DNA of 29,448 nt from Chlorokybus atmophyticus (lineage: Eukaryota > Plantae > Mesostigma and Chlorokybus algae), in assembly GCA_009103225.1 (NCBI GenBank), contig RHPI01000401.1:117096-146543 (forward strand), read 5' to 3'. The position numbers and the translations under genes were made by a program. Under the pieces are notes generated by a model. That model had not been told where the DNA came from. It was given only the letters and a program-made list of their open reading frames with translations, and did no database searches. The stretch's first letter is position 1. Each line of letters starts with the position of its first letter. Shown here piece by piece: positions 14,566 to 25,552 of this stretch.

Positions 14566-17500
14566 ATGGAGTCTTCTAGCTCAACCACGTCCCTGCGCTT
14601 TTTCGGACGTGCTTGCACTACCTCGTTTGACGAATTCATCATCAAATTTTATTCCAGATTGCAACAGCAGGCTCTGAAAAAAAAAGACTGATCAGAGGAG
14701 ATTTCTTTTCACATTGCTGCTTAGTATTTAGACCATGAAGCACATGATGTCTGAAAGTCTGTTGNTGCACTACCTCGTTTGACGAATTCATCATCAAATT
14801 TTATTCCAGATTGCGACAGCAGGCTCTGAAAAAAAAGACTGATCAGAGGAGATTTCTTTTCACATTGCTGCTTAGTATTTAGACCATGAAGCACATGATG
14901 TCTGAAAGTCTGTTGCTAAACTGCATCGAGTTGATGGCTATGGCGAGCTCGCCAGCACCTTTGTCACGGCACAGTCCAACAGCCGTCTTTCCACCTGCCA
15001 CTCCCGCTACAGTCATCGGTGTGTCCATAGCGGCAGCCATTAACAGGGCAGAGGAGGAGGAAGCTAAGTTGGTGATTGTCAACCTGACCCCTGCAGAGAT
15101 TGAGATAAAGACGGCCGCGACACGGACTCGGATACTGGACCGTTCCGCTGCTATCCTTGATGAACAACGAACTGCAACCGTTGAGGTGGGCACACCCCTA
15201 CCTTTGGCAACACCTGGCTCTCGTGCGGGAGGCAGTGCATACACCCTCAGGTCAGTTGCACTGCGTGCACCAGCCATCACTAGGTAGGTGCTGCCATCTC
15301 TGACTCTCCTCTCAAGGACCTATACGCTGCACTTCGTCGCACCTTTCCACCGCAGACCACTAGCAAAGTGGAAGAGTGGAGGCGGTTCCGACGCAAGCCC
15401 AACAGGGACCCTCTACGCCGGTCCTTTTGTGGAAAGACTATTGAAGGACACTGGCTACAAGATCGTCAGTGACGAGGCTGCTGCAGTGGTATGTGCCAAT
15501 GAGTTGGATGCCACCCTGAGCGAGTCGACGCGCTTGACCCTGAACTACAGGCCCCTTTGCTACATGCTCAAGGAAGCTTTCAAGACTGCACAAGCCATCC
15601 ATAAGCGCTTGGTGTATGAGAAGGTAGTGCTAAACACCAACCGTAGCGCCTCACGGCTTGTAGTTAGCACAACTATTGAGCCTCCTCGCTGCGAACGTGG
15701 CCGGGACGCTCCACCAGCACGCGACAAAGGGAAACGTTCAGCGCATACTGCTTTGCATGCCCCTGTGCTGTGTCCTCGCTGTGGACGGCATGGGCACAAC
15801 TAAAAGGAGTGCACCGAAGAGTACTCAACCCTGGTCTGTGACTATTGTCACAAGACAGGCCACCTAGAGTTGGTGTGCTGGCTCAAGTTCCCTGAATTGA
15901 GACCGGCCAACAGCCACAACGGCAACAACTCTGATGGCTACAACAACAACAACACTGGAGGCCACAACGGCAACAACTCTAGTGGCTACGACAGCAACCA
16001 TACCGGATGCCATAACAACAACAACAACAACAACAACGTCAACACTCGCAAGGAAGAGCAAGATTACTGGGGGAAGATCACCCTCCTCAGCGTCAGGGAC
16101 TGGAAGGACGTCCGCACTGCTGCTGCTGCCGCGAAGGCTTTTGTCAACCCGATAGCTGACGCCAACACTGGTGAGCACGCTGGCAACAGCCACTGCTGTC
16201 ACCGACCCTACAGCAGTAGGTCGCACCGGTCCCGCTCCAACTGCAGGACCACCTGTGTCAGCGAGCGTTGAGACCAGTCTCGCGCCACTGAGCGGCACTC
16301 TCGCAACCACCGACAATGCCATCGTCAAGCCCGCTGCCACAATAGCGACGCGTACAGCTACATTGCCCGTCCTCGACGTCACTCAGGCTATCCCGCGAAG
16401 TCAACAAGCTGAGCGCGCATGGGAGATCATCGTGCGTGGAGCAGATCCCACTACCATTGCTTTTCAGCGCGGAGGAGAACGCACAACACGCGTTGAACGC
16501 AGTGATCGCGTCTTCCCACTGCCTGAACATCACGCCCTGTTAGAACAGACTCAGCGGCAACTAAAGGATAAAATCCTCTCAGGCACAGCGCCTCCCATGC
16601 GAGACCACATCTTTGGGGTCAAATTACCTGTTGTATTGGAGTTGGCACTACAGCTGTTCTGGACTTTGCATAACAACATGCATACTGCGCCACGCTAGCC
16701 CGCACCAGTTCGTCATAAACCTTTCGAGCCAAGCCCGCTGGACACATATTAGGACCGGCAACCCAACGTACAGCAGCACATTGCTGATACAGCCGACATG
16801 CCTCTGGGACCCCTCAGTACTGGAAGCCCTCAGTACTGTTCGGCTTCACGAACGCTACACCGCTTTAAAACAGGCGTCCACCTGGCAACAGGATCAAACG
16901 GCAGCAATTAATGCAAGAGCGCAAGCCCTTGCCGCTGCTCGCGCCTTCGTTCTTCCACCAACAGTCGCTGGCCCATCACCCAGCACGACACCTCTCATCA
17001 GTGAGCCCGACATTAACCAGGCGAGGGCGCTGGCCCAAGAAACCAGGGGTGTGATCGCCCTGCTGCTACCCGCCTTGTTGGAAGACTTGCCTAACAATCA
17101 ACGGGATCCAGCGAGAGGTTACCTCACACCACAAGGGTGGACACAACGAGATGGAGCAGGTTCAATCGGAGAACAGCAACTTCGCACTGCTCTTTTGCGA
17201 TAAGCAACCATGCTACATCGACAAGAAGGCATCGGCCTGAGACGAATGTTGGGGATGCGAGAAGGTGGCAATGCAGCTCGAGCAGGACTAATGACTTGGC
17301 CAGTCACCGATCACCCCGCAGTCCCTTTGTTCGCATTCGGCACGAGATTGTTATGGTTGGACGCCTTCTTTTACTCGCTGCGGCAAGCGTATGACGAGGT
17401 TGCCGCGTTAGCCACTGACACCATTGAAGGAGCTCAAGAGGCCATACTGAGGTTGCCAGGGGTGCAAGCAGCGCGGCAACGCAGACGCATCGCAGCTGCT

Positions 17501-18338
17501 TATGAGCAGCATGTCCAATAGCCAGAGATTTACCTCACTGTGCGGGCACGAGCAACAACGGTGTTAAAAGCGCGGGTGGTCAATGGCAGATGGGATGCCT
17601 ACATGGCAGGGATCTTAAGGGTTCCCACCATCACCCACGACAGCGCAGCTCTTGCGCGCAGTGTATCTCCAGCCCATGCCGCAAAATCACTGCTGGAGTG
17701 ATGTGGTTAACAATCCAACAGCCACATGGGAAGGCACACAGGTCAGGGAGGCAGCTCATGCTGTACGCTGGACTTATGTGGAAAAACAGGCTGCACGGGA
17801 GGCGGGCCCACAAACACCCGGTCCTCCAGAGTTTCCCCAACAGCCACCCGCTACGCCGCCAAATATGACCCCGGCCACACAGAGGCGCAAACCCCCTGCG
17901 CCACAACCAGGGCAACCACAAGTAGCCAATACCCAGGCCACAGCGTGTATATCAACAGCCAAGACAAGGACGGTTCGGGCCAGGCCGCGGACAGAGAGGT
18001 TTTCAAGACCCAGCTGGTCGAGGGGCGCTTCCCGCACTGCGCTCGACACCATCAAAAGGAGACTGCAGCAGCAATTACCCCACGCACAAGCTATCAACGA
18101 TTCAAGCGGCTGCGCATCGACGCCAATGCAGCCATGATCGCCAACAAAGGCAAGCATGTCACCATCAATGGACGAGCACCTAAGCGCGTGATGCTGGACT
18201 CTGGAGCCCAGCCTGTCATCATCGAACGTTACCTCGCACGCGACCTTGGCATCACCAGCGCTGAGCTAATGTCTTGCCCATACGTGCTCGACACAGCAAC
18301 CGGCAGCCGTGACAAGGTGATTAGCATCACCAAGCAAG
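14566..18338 (+). mobile_element. Dead retroelement A: long gag-like region with two zinc knuckles plus aspartic protease, 3' interrupted
   Basis: Gag-like RFFG..SFDEF..YLDHEA (from 14566) and LRRTFPPQTTSKVEEWRRF. CX2CX4HX4C knuckles at 15771-15812 and 15837-15878. An Asn-rich tract, then ~2 kb of unassigned coding-like sequence. Protease VMLDSGAQPVII with DSGA at 18197-18208. Many stops and frameshifts. Confidence 0.7.
14614..14915. repeat. 150-bp tandem duplication joined by one N (probable contig-overlap artefact)
   Basis: 14614-14764 and 14766-14915 differ only by one A/G substitution and an A9 vs A8 run. N at 14765. Confidence 0.9.
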
Positions 18339-18776
18339 TGTTGAAGGTATCACATGGGTAATGCTTGTATTCGGTCAGATACTTGCCCTCCACACATAAG
18401 TCGAGAGTTGAAGGCATGGGCTGAGCACGTGGACTCCGGACTTAGCAAGACGGTCGAGCCAGGACGGACCAGATGCTCAGTAGAGCGTTGGGAGAAACCG
18501 CGTAGCTTTGTGGATACGTAAGCTTAGCAGGCGTGGCTTAGCTTGTTGGAAAGCTCTGGTCGTGAGCTAAACAGCGCAACTTAGAGCGCGTTGAAAGACT
18601 GAGTATTGTGCACGCGGTGCTTGCAAATGTAGACGTGTGTAGAAACTGGCGGGGTATAAAACCCCTGGACTTGTATGGCATTAATGGCAGTAGCAGTCAT
18701 GCTCTTGTGTTGATGTTGTTGGCGTGTCACTTGCACGTGTGTATGTTAATAGCAAGCCCTCTACAACCGCTTAACA
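18339..18776 (+). mobile_element. LTR-like segment B (438 bp)
   Basis: TGTTGAAG...CTTAACA termini and a TATA-like GGTATAAAA at ~18653. Followed by GGGGTGGACCC (weak PBS-like). Coding sense of the protease is lost here. The left boundary could lie slightly further right. Confidence 0.55.
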
Positions 18777-18824
18777 GGGGTGGACCCTTCCCACAGCACT
18801 AAGGTCATACAGAAGTGTGTAGTC

Positions 18825-19268
18825 TGTTGGAGTTTGGAGTCCAAACTTTGGACCAGGTTTAGCCGTCCTTAGACTCCAGTCAGCTTAGTCTAGCTAAGTA
18901 CTCATGACTTTCGTACTTAGTAAACTCCAGTTCTGACCGTTTTGTTGGAAACCGTAAGTTCTAACAGTTTAAACCGTTTAAGACTGTCTTTGAGTCTTAT
19001 GCTGACCCGACCCGCTTTGTAAACTATCTTCAGCTTGTATATCGAGTTCTTTGTAGTGTTGACCATTACTGGGTATAAGGGGACGCCCACACACGTTTAA
19101 CATGGTTCACTTTGCTTATGCTTATGTCTGGCGCAGCGGAAGCCTTAGCCCGGGCGTGGTTTGAACTGGTCTGGTCTGGCATGGTCTTGTCTGGTCTTTT
19201 TCTGCTTGCACAGACGGTTTGAGGGTGTTGTGTTGTGTGTCTACGCTTAGAAAGCTTGCATCTCAACA
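18825..19268 (+). repeat. Copia C 5' LTR (444 bp)
   Basis: TGTTGGAG...TCTCAACA. Aligns to 23432-23736 over its first ~320 bp. Confidence 0.85.
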
Positions 19269-19281
19269 AATTATGGACCCA
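19269..19281 (+). promoter_or_regulatory. Copia C primer-binding site, half-tRNA(iMet) type, degenerate
   Basis: AATTATGGACCCA directly after the LTR CA. Resembles the GGTTATGGGCCCA-type PBS of copia elements primed by a tRNA-Met half molecule. Confidence 0.55.
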
Positions 19282-19458
19282 CATACGCTGGGTTAAGAGC
19301 TTGTCTAGACATGTTGGCGGAAGTGTGCACTTTGATAGCAAGGGTTATTCTGAGTCTGCCGTTTGGGGCTAGACTGTGGAGGTCTGGGAGCTTAATCTGC
19401 TGTTCTTTGGCTCAAACGGCCTATTTTTAGCAGGGGGCTGTGCTATGACAATTAGTGC

Positions 19459-22400
19459 TACGACAAGGTGGTGATTGAGCCATTTGGAGATGACAACTAC
19501 AACACATGGAGCAGCCGCATGAAATGGTTGTTTGAGCACAGGAGCTTATGGGACTTCGTGACCCCGGAAGAAGGCTGACCCCCTACCCACAAGCCGGAGC
19601 GATGTCTGGAAGCAAAACTCCAGGAAAGCACTTGCACTCATTGGTTTAAACGTGAGAGAGTTCCAGTTTTAAACTGGAATGGAACAAGTTGTGACATTAG
19701 ATGCTTGCTCCACTGCTAGAGAGGCATGGGAGAAGTTGTCTGATTCTTTTAAGACTAAAAACAATGCCAGGCGTGTCCAGCTTAGGCGTGATCTGAATGT
19801 TTTGAGGAAAATGTCAAGTGAGCCTGTCCAAGTACTTTGCAAGGGTCAAGACAGCTTTGGAAGGACCTTTTAGGCGTGGGCTGCCAGTCGCAGGAAGCTG
19901 AGCTTGTTTGGGCTGTACTTTTTGACGTTCCAGACCTGCCAGAGTTTAACACCTTGATTACGGTGTTGGAAGGTCTTGACACTGATCCCATGTTGGATGA
20001 GGTGATGCCAAGCTTGCCTTAAGGCTACTTCAAGTTAAGCAATGGCTTAAGAAGAAGGAGGAGGCTTCAGATGCAGTCGCTTTTGCTGTTTCCAAGTATG
20101 GTTACAGCTCCAGACCCAGGTCAGGCGCTGGTTCTTCAGGCCTGAGCGGTTCTTCAAGTAAGGGCGGTAAAAAGAAGAAGAAACGCAAGTGCAGCTACTG
20201 TTGCAAGCTTGGGCATGATGTGGAGAAGTGTTGGAAGAAGCATGGCAAGCCTGGAGAGGGGCAAAACAAAGAAAAACCCGTGGCTTTCACTACCAGTGCT
20301 TCAATCCCTGTCCAGACATGGGCTTTAGACTCGGGGGCTACTTCTCACATGACTGCAGACACGTTTGCCTTTGTCACCTTTCAGACCCTTGACAAGCCCA
20401 TGTCCGTGGGGTGCGCATTGAAAGGAAGCGTGATGGCTGCTACTGGTCGGGGCAATGTCATCCTTAATTGCCAAGTTGAGGGGTCAACAAGGCAAGTGCA
20501 GCTCAAGGATGTTCTTTTTGTGCCTGAGGTTGCTGCACGTTTTTTCTCGGTCAAGGCTGCTGCTCGTGCTGGTGCTAAGATTGAGTTTGAGGGAGATAAG
20601 GGCTGCATATTGCTTAATGGTGTGAAGCACCTAGAGGCTTTAAATCAGGGAGGAGGTTTATACCTTGTTTTGGGTTCAGACTTCAATCCAAGCATTTGTT
20701 GCAGCATCTTTGGAGTCTGCTCAGCTCCAGCAAAGGAGGTTTGGGCAATTGGGCTTTGAAAATCTAGCACGCTTGGTGAAGGAAGACATGGTGGAAGGGA
20801 TTAACCTCAGTTCTGAAGACTTCCAAGTTGAGAAAGGTGTCCTATGCAGTCCTTGTGTCCGGGGGAAGCAGACCAGACTACCTTTTCCTACCTCTTTTCA
20901 CGTGAGTACGCGTTGCTTGGAGCTGATCCATACGGATGTGTGCGGTCCCATGCCGGTGACAAGGGCGGGAGCTTCAAGTACTCTATCACCTTCTTGGATG
21001 ACTCCAGCAAATTATCCGTGGTCGTGCCTTTAGCCTTGAAGTCTAATGTGGCTAAGACAGTTCTGGAGGTCTTTAAGCTTGTAGAGAACCAGACAGGTCT
21101 GAAGGTTGCTGCAGTGCGCTTAAACCGTGGTGGAGAGTTTGTCAACACTCACTTGAACGACTATTATGTCAAGATGGGGATTAGGCATGAGACTACAGCG
21201 CCCTACACTCCGGAGCAGAACAGCAAGGCGGAGATGTTTAACCGCACGCTTTTGGAGAAGGTTCGGGCCATGCTAACTGATACCAACATAGAGGATTGCA
21301 TGTGGACGGACGCGTTGCTGGCTGCAAACTTCGTGCGCAACCGTTCCCCCATGCGTTCCGAAGCCAAGACTCCGTGGGAGCTCTTCACGGGCGCAAGGCC
21401 TGATGTGAGCATGCTGAGGGTCTTTGGTTTTACTGCCTTTGTCCACGTACCCAAGCAGCACGGACACAAACTGGCCAAAGTTAGCCGGCGCGGCGTGTTT
21501 GTGGGGTACGAGACTGGTTCTAAGCGTGGAGGGTCTTGCTGGAGAGACCAAAAAGGTTGTGGTAAGTCGTGATGTGATTTTTGCTGAGGGAGGAGCCGGA
21601 GTTTTGGGCGTCAACAACACCCTAGATGGTGCTGAGCCTTCAGAACCGAGTCTAGACCAGGTTCGTGGCAGTGTTTCAGACTAGGTCTTAAGGTCTTCAG
21701 GCCAGTTTTCTCCAGCCCGAGGCAACAAAAGCACTTTAGCTCCTGTCACCACTAAAGACCAACACCAGCACTATGAGTCTCAAGAGAAGAGGAGGAGGTA
21801 TCGTTTGCGTGATAGGCGGGAGCCGAAGAGATTGATTAACTAAGCCATGGCTGCTTCGGAGGCACTTGGGGGCTTAAAGGAGCCTAGCACCTATAAGGAG
21901 GCGCTTGCAGGTGCTGATGCAGATCTCTAAAAGAAGGCAATGGATGAGGAAATTGCTTCTCTACTAGCCAACCAGACCTGGAGGCTTGAGACTGTCCCGG
22001 CTGACATTAGACCCATCCTGGTCAAGTGGGTCTACAAAATTAAGGAGGATGGGCAAGGCAACATTGAGCGCTACAAGGCGAGGCTTGTCGTGAAGGGCTT
22101 TCTCCAGCAAGAGAGCATTGACTTCGATGAGGTCTTTGCTCCAGCTAGCAAGCACACAACATTTCGCACCATGCTGGCTTTGGTGGTTGCTCAAGACCTG
22201 GAGCTGCACCATCTGGATGTTAAGACCGCGATCCTCTATGGCGAGCTTGAAGAGGACATAATGCAACAACCCAAGGGCTAATATAAGGGAGGTCCAAATG
22301 TGGCATGCAAGCTTGTGAAGGCCTTGTATGGTCTTAAGCAGGCTCCCAGGGTTTGGCACATCCGCTTAAGCAAGAAGCTTAAGCTGATGGGTCTAGCCCC

Positions 22401-23415
22401 AGTACTGCAGACCCAAGACTCTTTATCTATGGAGAGCTAGGTCTGGCTTTTGGTTTATGTTAATATCATCCTCGTTTCTGCTCAAAACTTGAAGGACTTG
22501 GAGGGAGTCAAGGCTGGCTTGAGCAAGGCCTATTATGTCAGCGACCTTGGAGAGGCCAAGTACTTGGGCATTGTCATTGATAGGGATGGGCGGTCTAAGA
22601 CTGCCAAGATCAGCCAAGAGCAGATGGTTTACAGACTTGTGGACAAGTTTAGGCTGCAAGAGGCCAAGGTTAACTTAACCCTGAAGGCTACACCCTTGAC
22701 GGTAGGAGTCAGACTTGTAAAATCTAAAAGTGAGGCAAATCTACTGGACAAGACGCAGTATCCCTACAGCACTTTGGTTGGTTGGGAGTCTTTGTACTTG
22801 TCAGTTAGTACTAGGCCGGATATTTCCCATGCCGTGGGAGTCTTAGCCAGGTACATGTCTGCGCCTACCATGGATCATTGGAGGGCTGCGAAGGCGTGCA
22901 TGCGCTATATGGCTGGGACTTCTAGTGTCGGCATTACTTTGGGTGGAGGACTAACATGTCTGGAGGGCTACTGCGATGCAGACTACGTAGGAGACTTAGA
23001 CTCCAAGAGGTCTACCACGGGCTACACATTCTTGATGAATGGTGGAGTCAACAGCTGGCGCAAGCTTTAGCCCACTGTTGCAATGTCTATTGCAGAGGCG
23101 AAGTACATGGCTGCATCCACAGGCAGTTAAGGAGGGGCTTTGTTTGCGCAAGCTGGTTGCAGATTTGGGTTTAGACCAAACTGTCATTCCCATGCACTAC
23201 GACAATCAAGGAGCTATTCGGCTTCTGAAGCACCCCACTGCTTCAGTCAGGTCTAGCACATTGATGTCATACATCACTTTGTGCGGGAGCGCATGGCGCG
23301 TGGAGAGGTGGAGTTCATCTATTGCAAAACCGAAGAAATGCTTGCAGACTCTATGACGAAGGCTTTAACCCCTGCCAAGTTTAAGACCTGCTGCAGGGGT
23401 CTAAGAATCCACTAA
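19459..23415 (+). pseudogene. Copia gag-pol polyprotein, disrupted
   Basis: DNYNTWSSRMK, AREAWEKL, knuckle CSYCCKLGHDVEKC (20190-20231), WALDSGATSHM (DSGA 20328-20339), LELIHTDVCGPM, WVYKIK..RYKARLVVKGF, LHHLDVKTA, YVDD decayed to YVNI (22456-22467), GYCDADYVGD..RSTTGY. Many stops and frameshifts. Confidence 0.93.
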
Positions 23416-23431
23416 GCTGCTTGCGTGGGAG

Positions 23432-23736
23432 TGTTAGAGTTTAAGACCAGGTTTAGCCGTCCTTAGACTCCAGTCAGCTTAGTCTAGCTAAGTACTCATG
23501 ACTTTTTTGCTTAGTAGACTCCAGTCTTGACCGTTTCGTTAGATATCGTCAGTCCTAAAAGTTTAGACCGTTTAAGACTGTTTTGGGGTCTTATGTTGAC
23601 CAAACCCGTTTTGTATACTATTTTTAGCTTGTATAACGAGTTCTTTGTAGTGTTGACCATTACTGGGCGTAAGGGACGCCCACACACGTTTAACATGGTT
23701 CACTTTGCTTGTGCTTAAGTCTGGTGGCGGCGGAAG
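23432..23736 (+). repeat. Copia C 3' LTR, truncated by gypsy insertion
   Basis: Starts TGTTAGAG after purine-rich GCGTGGGAG. Homology to the 5' LTR stops at GCGGAAG (5' LTR position 19142), exactly where TGTAACA begins. Confidence 0.9.
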
Positions 23737-24409
23737 TGTAACAGTCAAGGCCAAATCTCGTGATTTTCATGGCCATTTTAGGCCTTATTTGTAAGGTATT
23801 ATGTTTTTCATGACTTGTGGCGGATATCGGCGAGTTATGAGTCTGCCGCGGATATCGACCGGGGCCCCAAGACCAGTCTGGAAGCCGCCAGAAAACGGAG
23901 GGCCAGTCGAGAAGGGCTCGACCAGATTTCGAGAAGGGCCTGGCGCCAAGTAGTATAACTTGACCATATGAGCAGCAAATTAATAGATCTTTGGTGCGTT
24001 GGAGAGGTCTAGAAGTGTACTACAAGATTCTGCAAGAATATCTTAGCTTCTGGTTCCGTCTAGCGCTAGAGTCGTCTAGACAGTAGCATGTGCGGATTGG
24101 TAGGTATAAAAGTGACATTCTACAATTTGCAATACAACCTTTAACTCCCTAGTTTCTTGTGTGCAAGCTTGGTGGTGGCTAGAAGGGGTTGCTAGCGCGT
24201 GTCCACTGGTGTGTGCTTGCTTGTGTGACGATCCAAGGCGCTACACAAGTCGGTGTGTAGCTTCGAGCGCATGCGCGTGCGTACGCGAGTGGCGGGGCGC
24301 GCGTGTGTGCTTGGTAGAGGGGGCAAGGTTCCAGTGTGAATACCGTGTCTTGGTGAGAGGGTTGTGGATTGGACCAACTCACATGTGACAAGGCACGAGC
24401 ACCGTCACA
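23737..24409 (+). repeat. Gypsy D 5' LTR (673 bp)
   Basis: TGTAACAG...CCGTCACA imperfect inverted termini, TATA-like GGTATAAAA near 24103, PBS 2 nt downstream. Confidence 0.8.
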
Positions 24410-24411
24410 AC

Positions 24412-24423
24412 TGGTATCGGAGC
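24412..24423 (+). promoter_or_regulatory. Gypsy D primer-binding site, tRNA-iMet
   Basis: TGGTATCGGAGC, one mismatch to the plant consensus TGGTATCAGAGC. Confidence 0.85.
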
Positions 24424-24503
24424 ACGGTTTACGAAGGTGAGAGAGGAAGTGTGTGGGCGCTTACACCTTTCATTCGGAAGCGGAGTGTAGTGTGTTAGTG
24501 GAG

Positions 24504-25531
24504 ATGGAGGATGCTCGCATGGAAGAGCTTCAAGCTGCCATCTTGGCACTGAGGGAAGAGCTTCATCACACTCAAGCGGCGGCACAAGCACAACGCGAGG
24601 CGTATGAGCATGCGATGGCGTGTGTACAAATTCCCATGGCATCAAGCTCGCGCGTGTATGTGAAGGTGCCAAAGCTCAAGCCATTCAGGGGTCAACGTGA
24701 TAGAGATGCAGTGGATGAATGGATTTTTCAAGTATCGTCTTGGTTGAAGCTCACAGAGGTGCCCACGCATCTGCACGTGGAGGTTGCAGCGACATTGCTT
24801 GAAGGTGCAGCACTTGTGTGATGGAGGCATCGATGTACGCGTGTTGCAAACGGGTTGGCGCTACTGTTGACCACCATGAAAGAGTTGGCACTGGAGGTCA
24901 GGCATCAAATTGTTCCCGTTGAGAGCGTGAAGGCCGCACGCGACAAACTTGCAGCCCTTGTGCAAACGGGGTCGGTGACGGCGTACACGGCCGCGTTTCA
25001 GCGATTGGTGATGTCCATACCCAATATGACCGAGGAGGAGCAGTTGGACAGGTATACACGTGTTTAAAACCTTTGGAGCGTAAAGAAGTGGAGCTACGGG
25101 ACCCGAAGACACTCGCGGAAGCTATACGCATCGCGGAGCGTCTCGACGTGTTGTACTTCAAGTCCACCACAAGAAACGCTGACTAGAGGCAAAGGCATGG
25201 TGATCAGCCCCGGGGAGGCTTTTAACATGCATGGAGACGAGGAGAACCAAGTTTAGCACTTGCCAATGGAGGTGGAGCTGACTCTGGGCCTGCACCAATG
25301 GAGGTGGGTGCCATACACACGCATGGAAGTGAGGCGAAGCACGGCGGACGTGGTGAAAGAGGTAAAGGTGTGCGCAAGTGTTATGCGTGTGGGTCGACGG
25401 AGCATTTGGCGTACGGATGCCCCAAACGAAGCACGCAAAGGCCAACACCGGATGGCAACCCTCGCCGTGATCGTCGCGTCAACACCATGGAGCAAAATGG
25501 CGTGGAGCAGGAAAACGACTTCCCCCAGTAG
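24504..25531 (+). pseudogene. Gypsy gag, disrupted
   Basis: KVPKLKPFRG, LLEGAALV*W, ARDKLAALVQTGSVTAYTAAF, PMEVG, knuckle CYACGSTEHLAYGC. Internal stops and frameshifts. Confidence 0.88.
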
Positions 25532-25552
25532 GTGAGGAGGCTACTGCTGGGG
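25510..25552 (+). promoter_or_regulatory. Putative -1 ribosomal frameshift signal at the gag/pol overlap
   Basis: GGAAAAC (25510-25516), a 5-nt spacer, then a bulged stem CCCC-CAGTAG / CTACTG-(CT)-GGGG. The pol frame is -1 to gag and open from 25471. Confidence 0.55.

Larger units (their letters stand above)
18825..23736 (+). mobile_element. Ty1/copia LTR retrotransposon C, degenerate, 3' LTR interrupted
   Basis: Paired LTRs, PBS, PPT and gag-PR-IN-RT-RH domain order. Confidence 0.95.

Noticed and set aside
14614-14915. Biological tandem duplication in gag
   Set aside because: Near-identical copies joined by a single N are typical of unmerged contig or haplotype ends.
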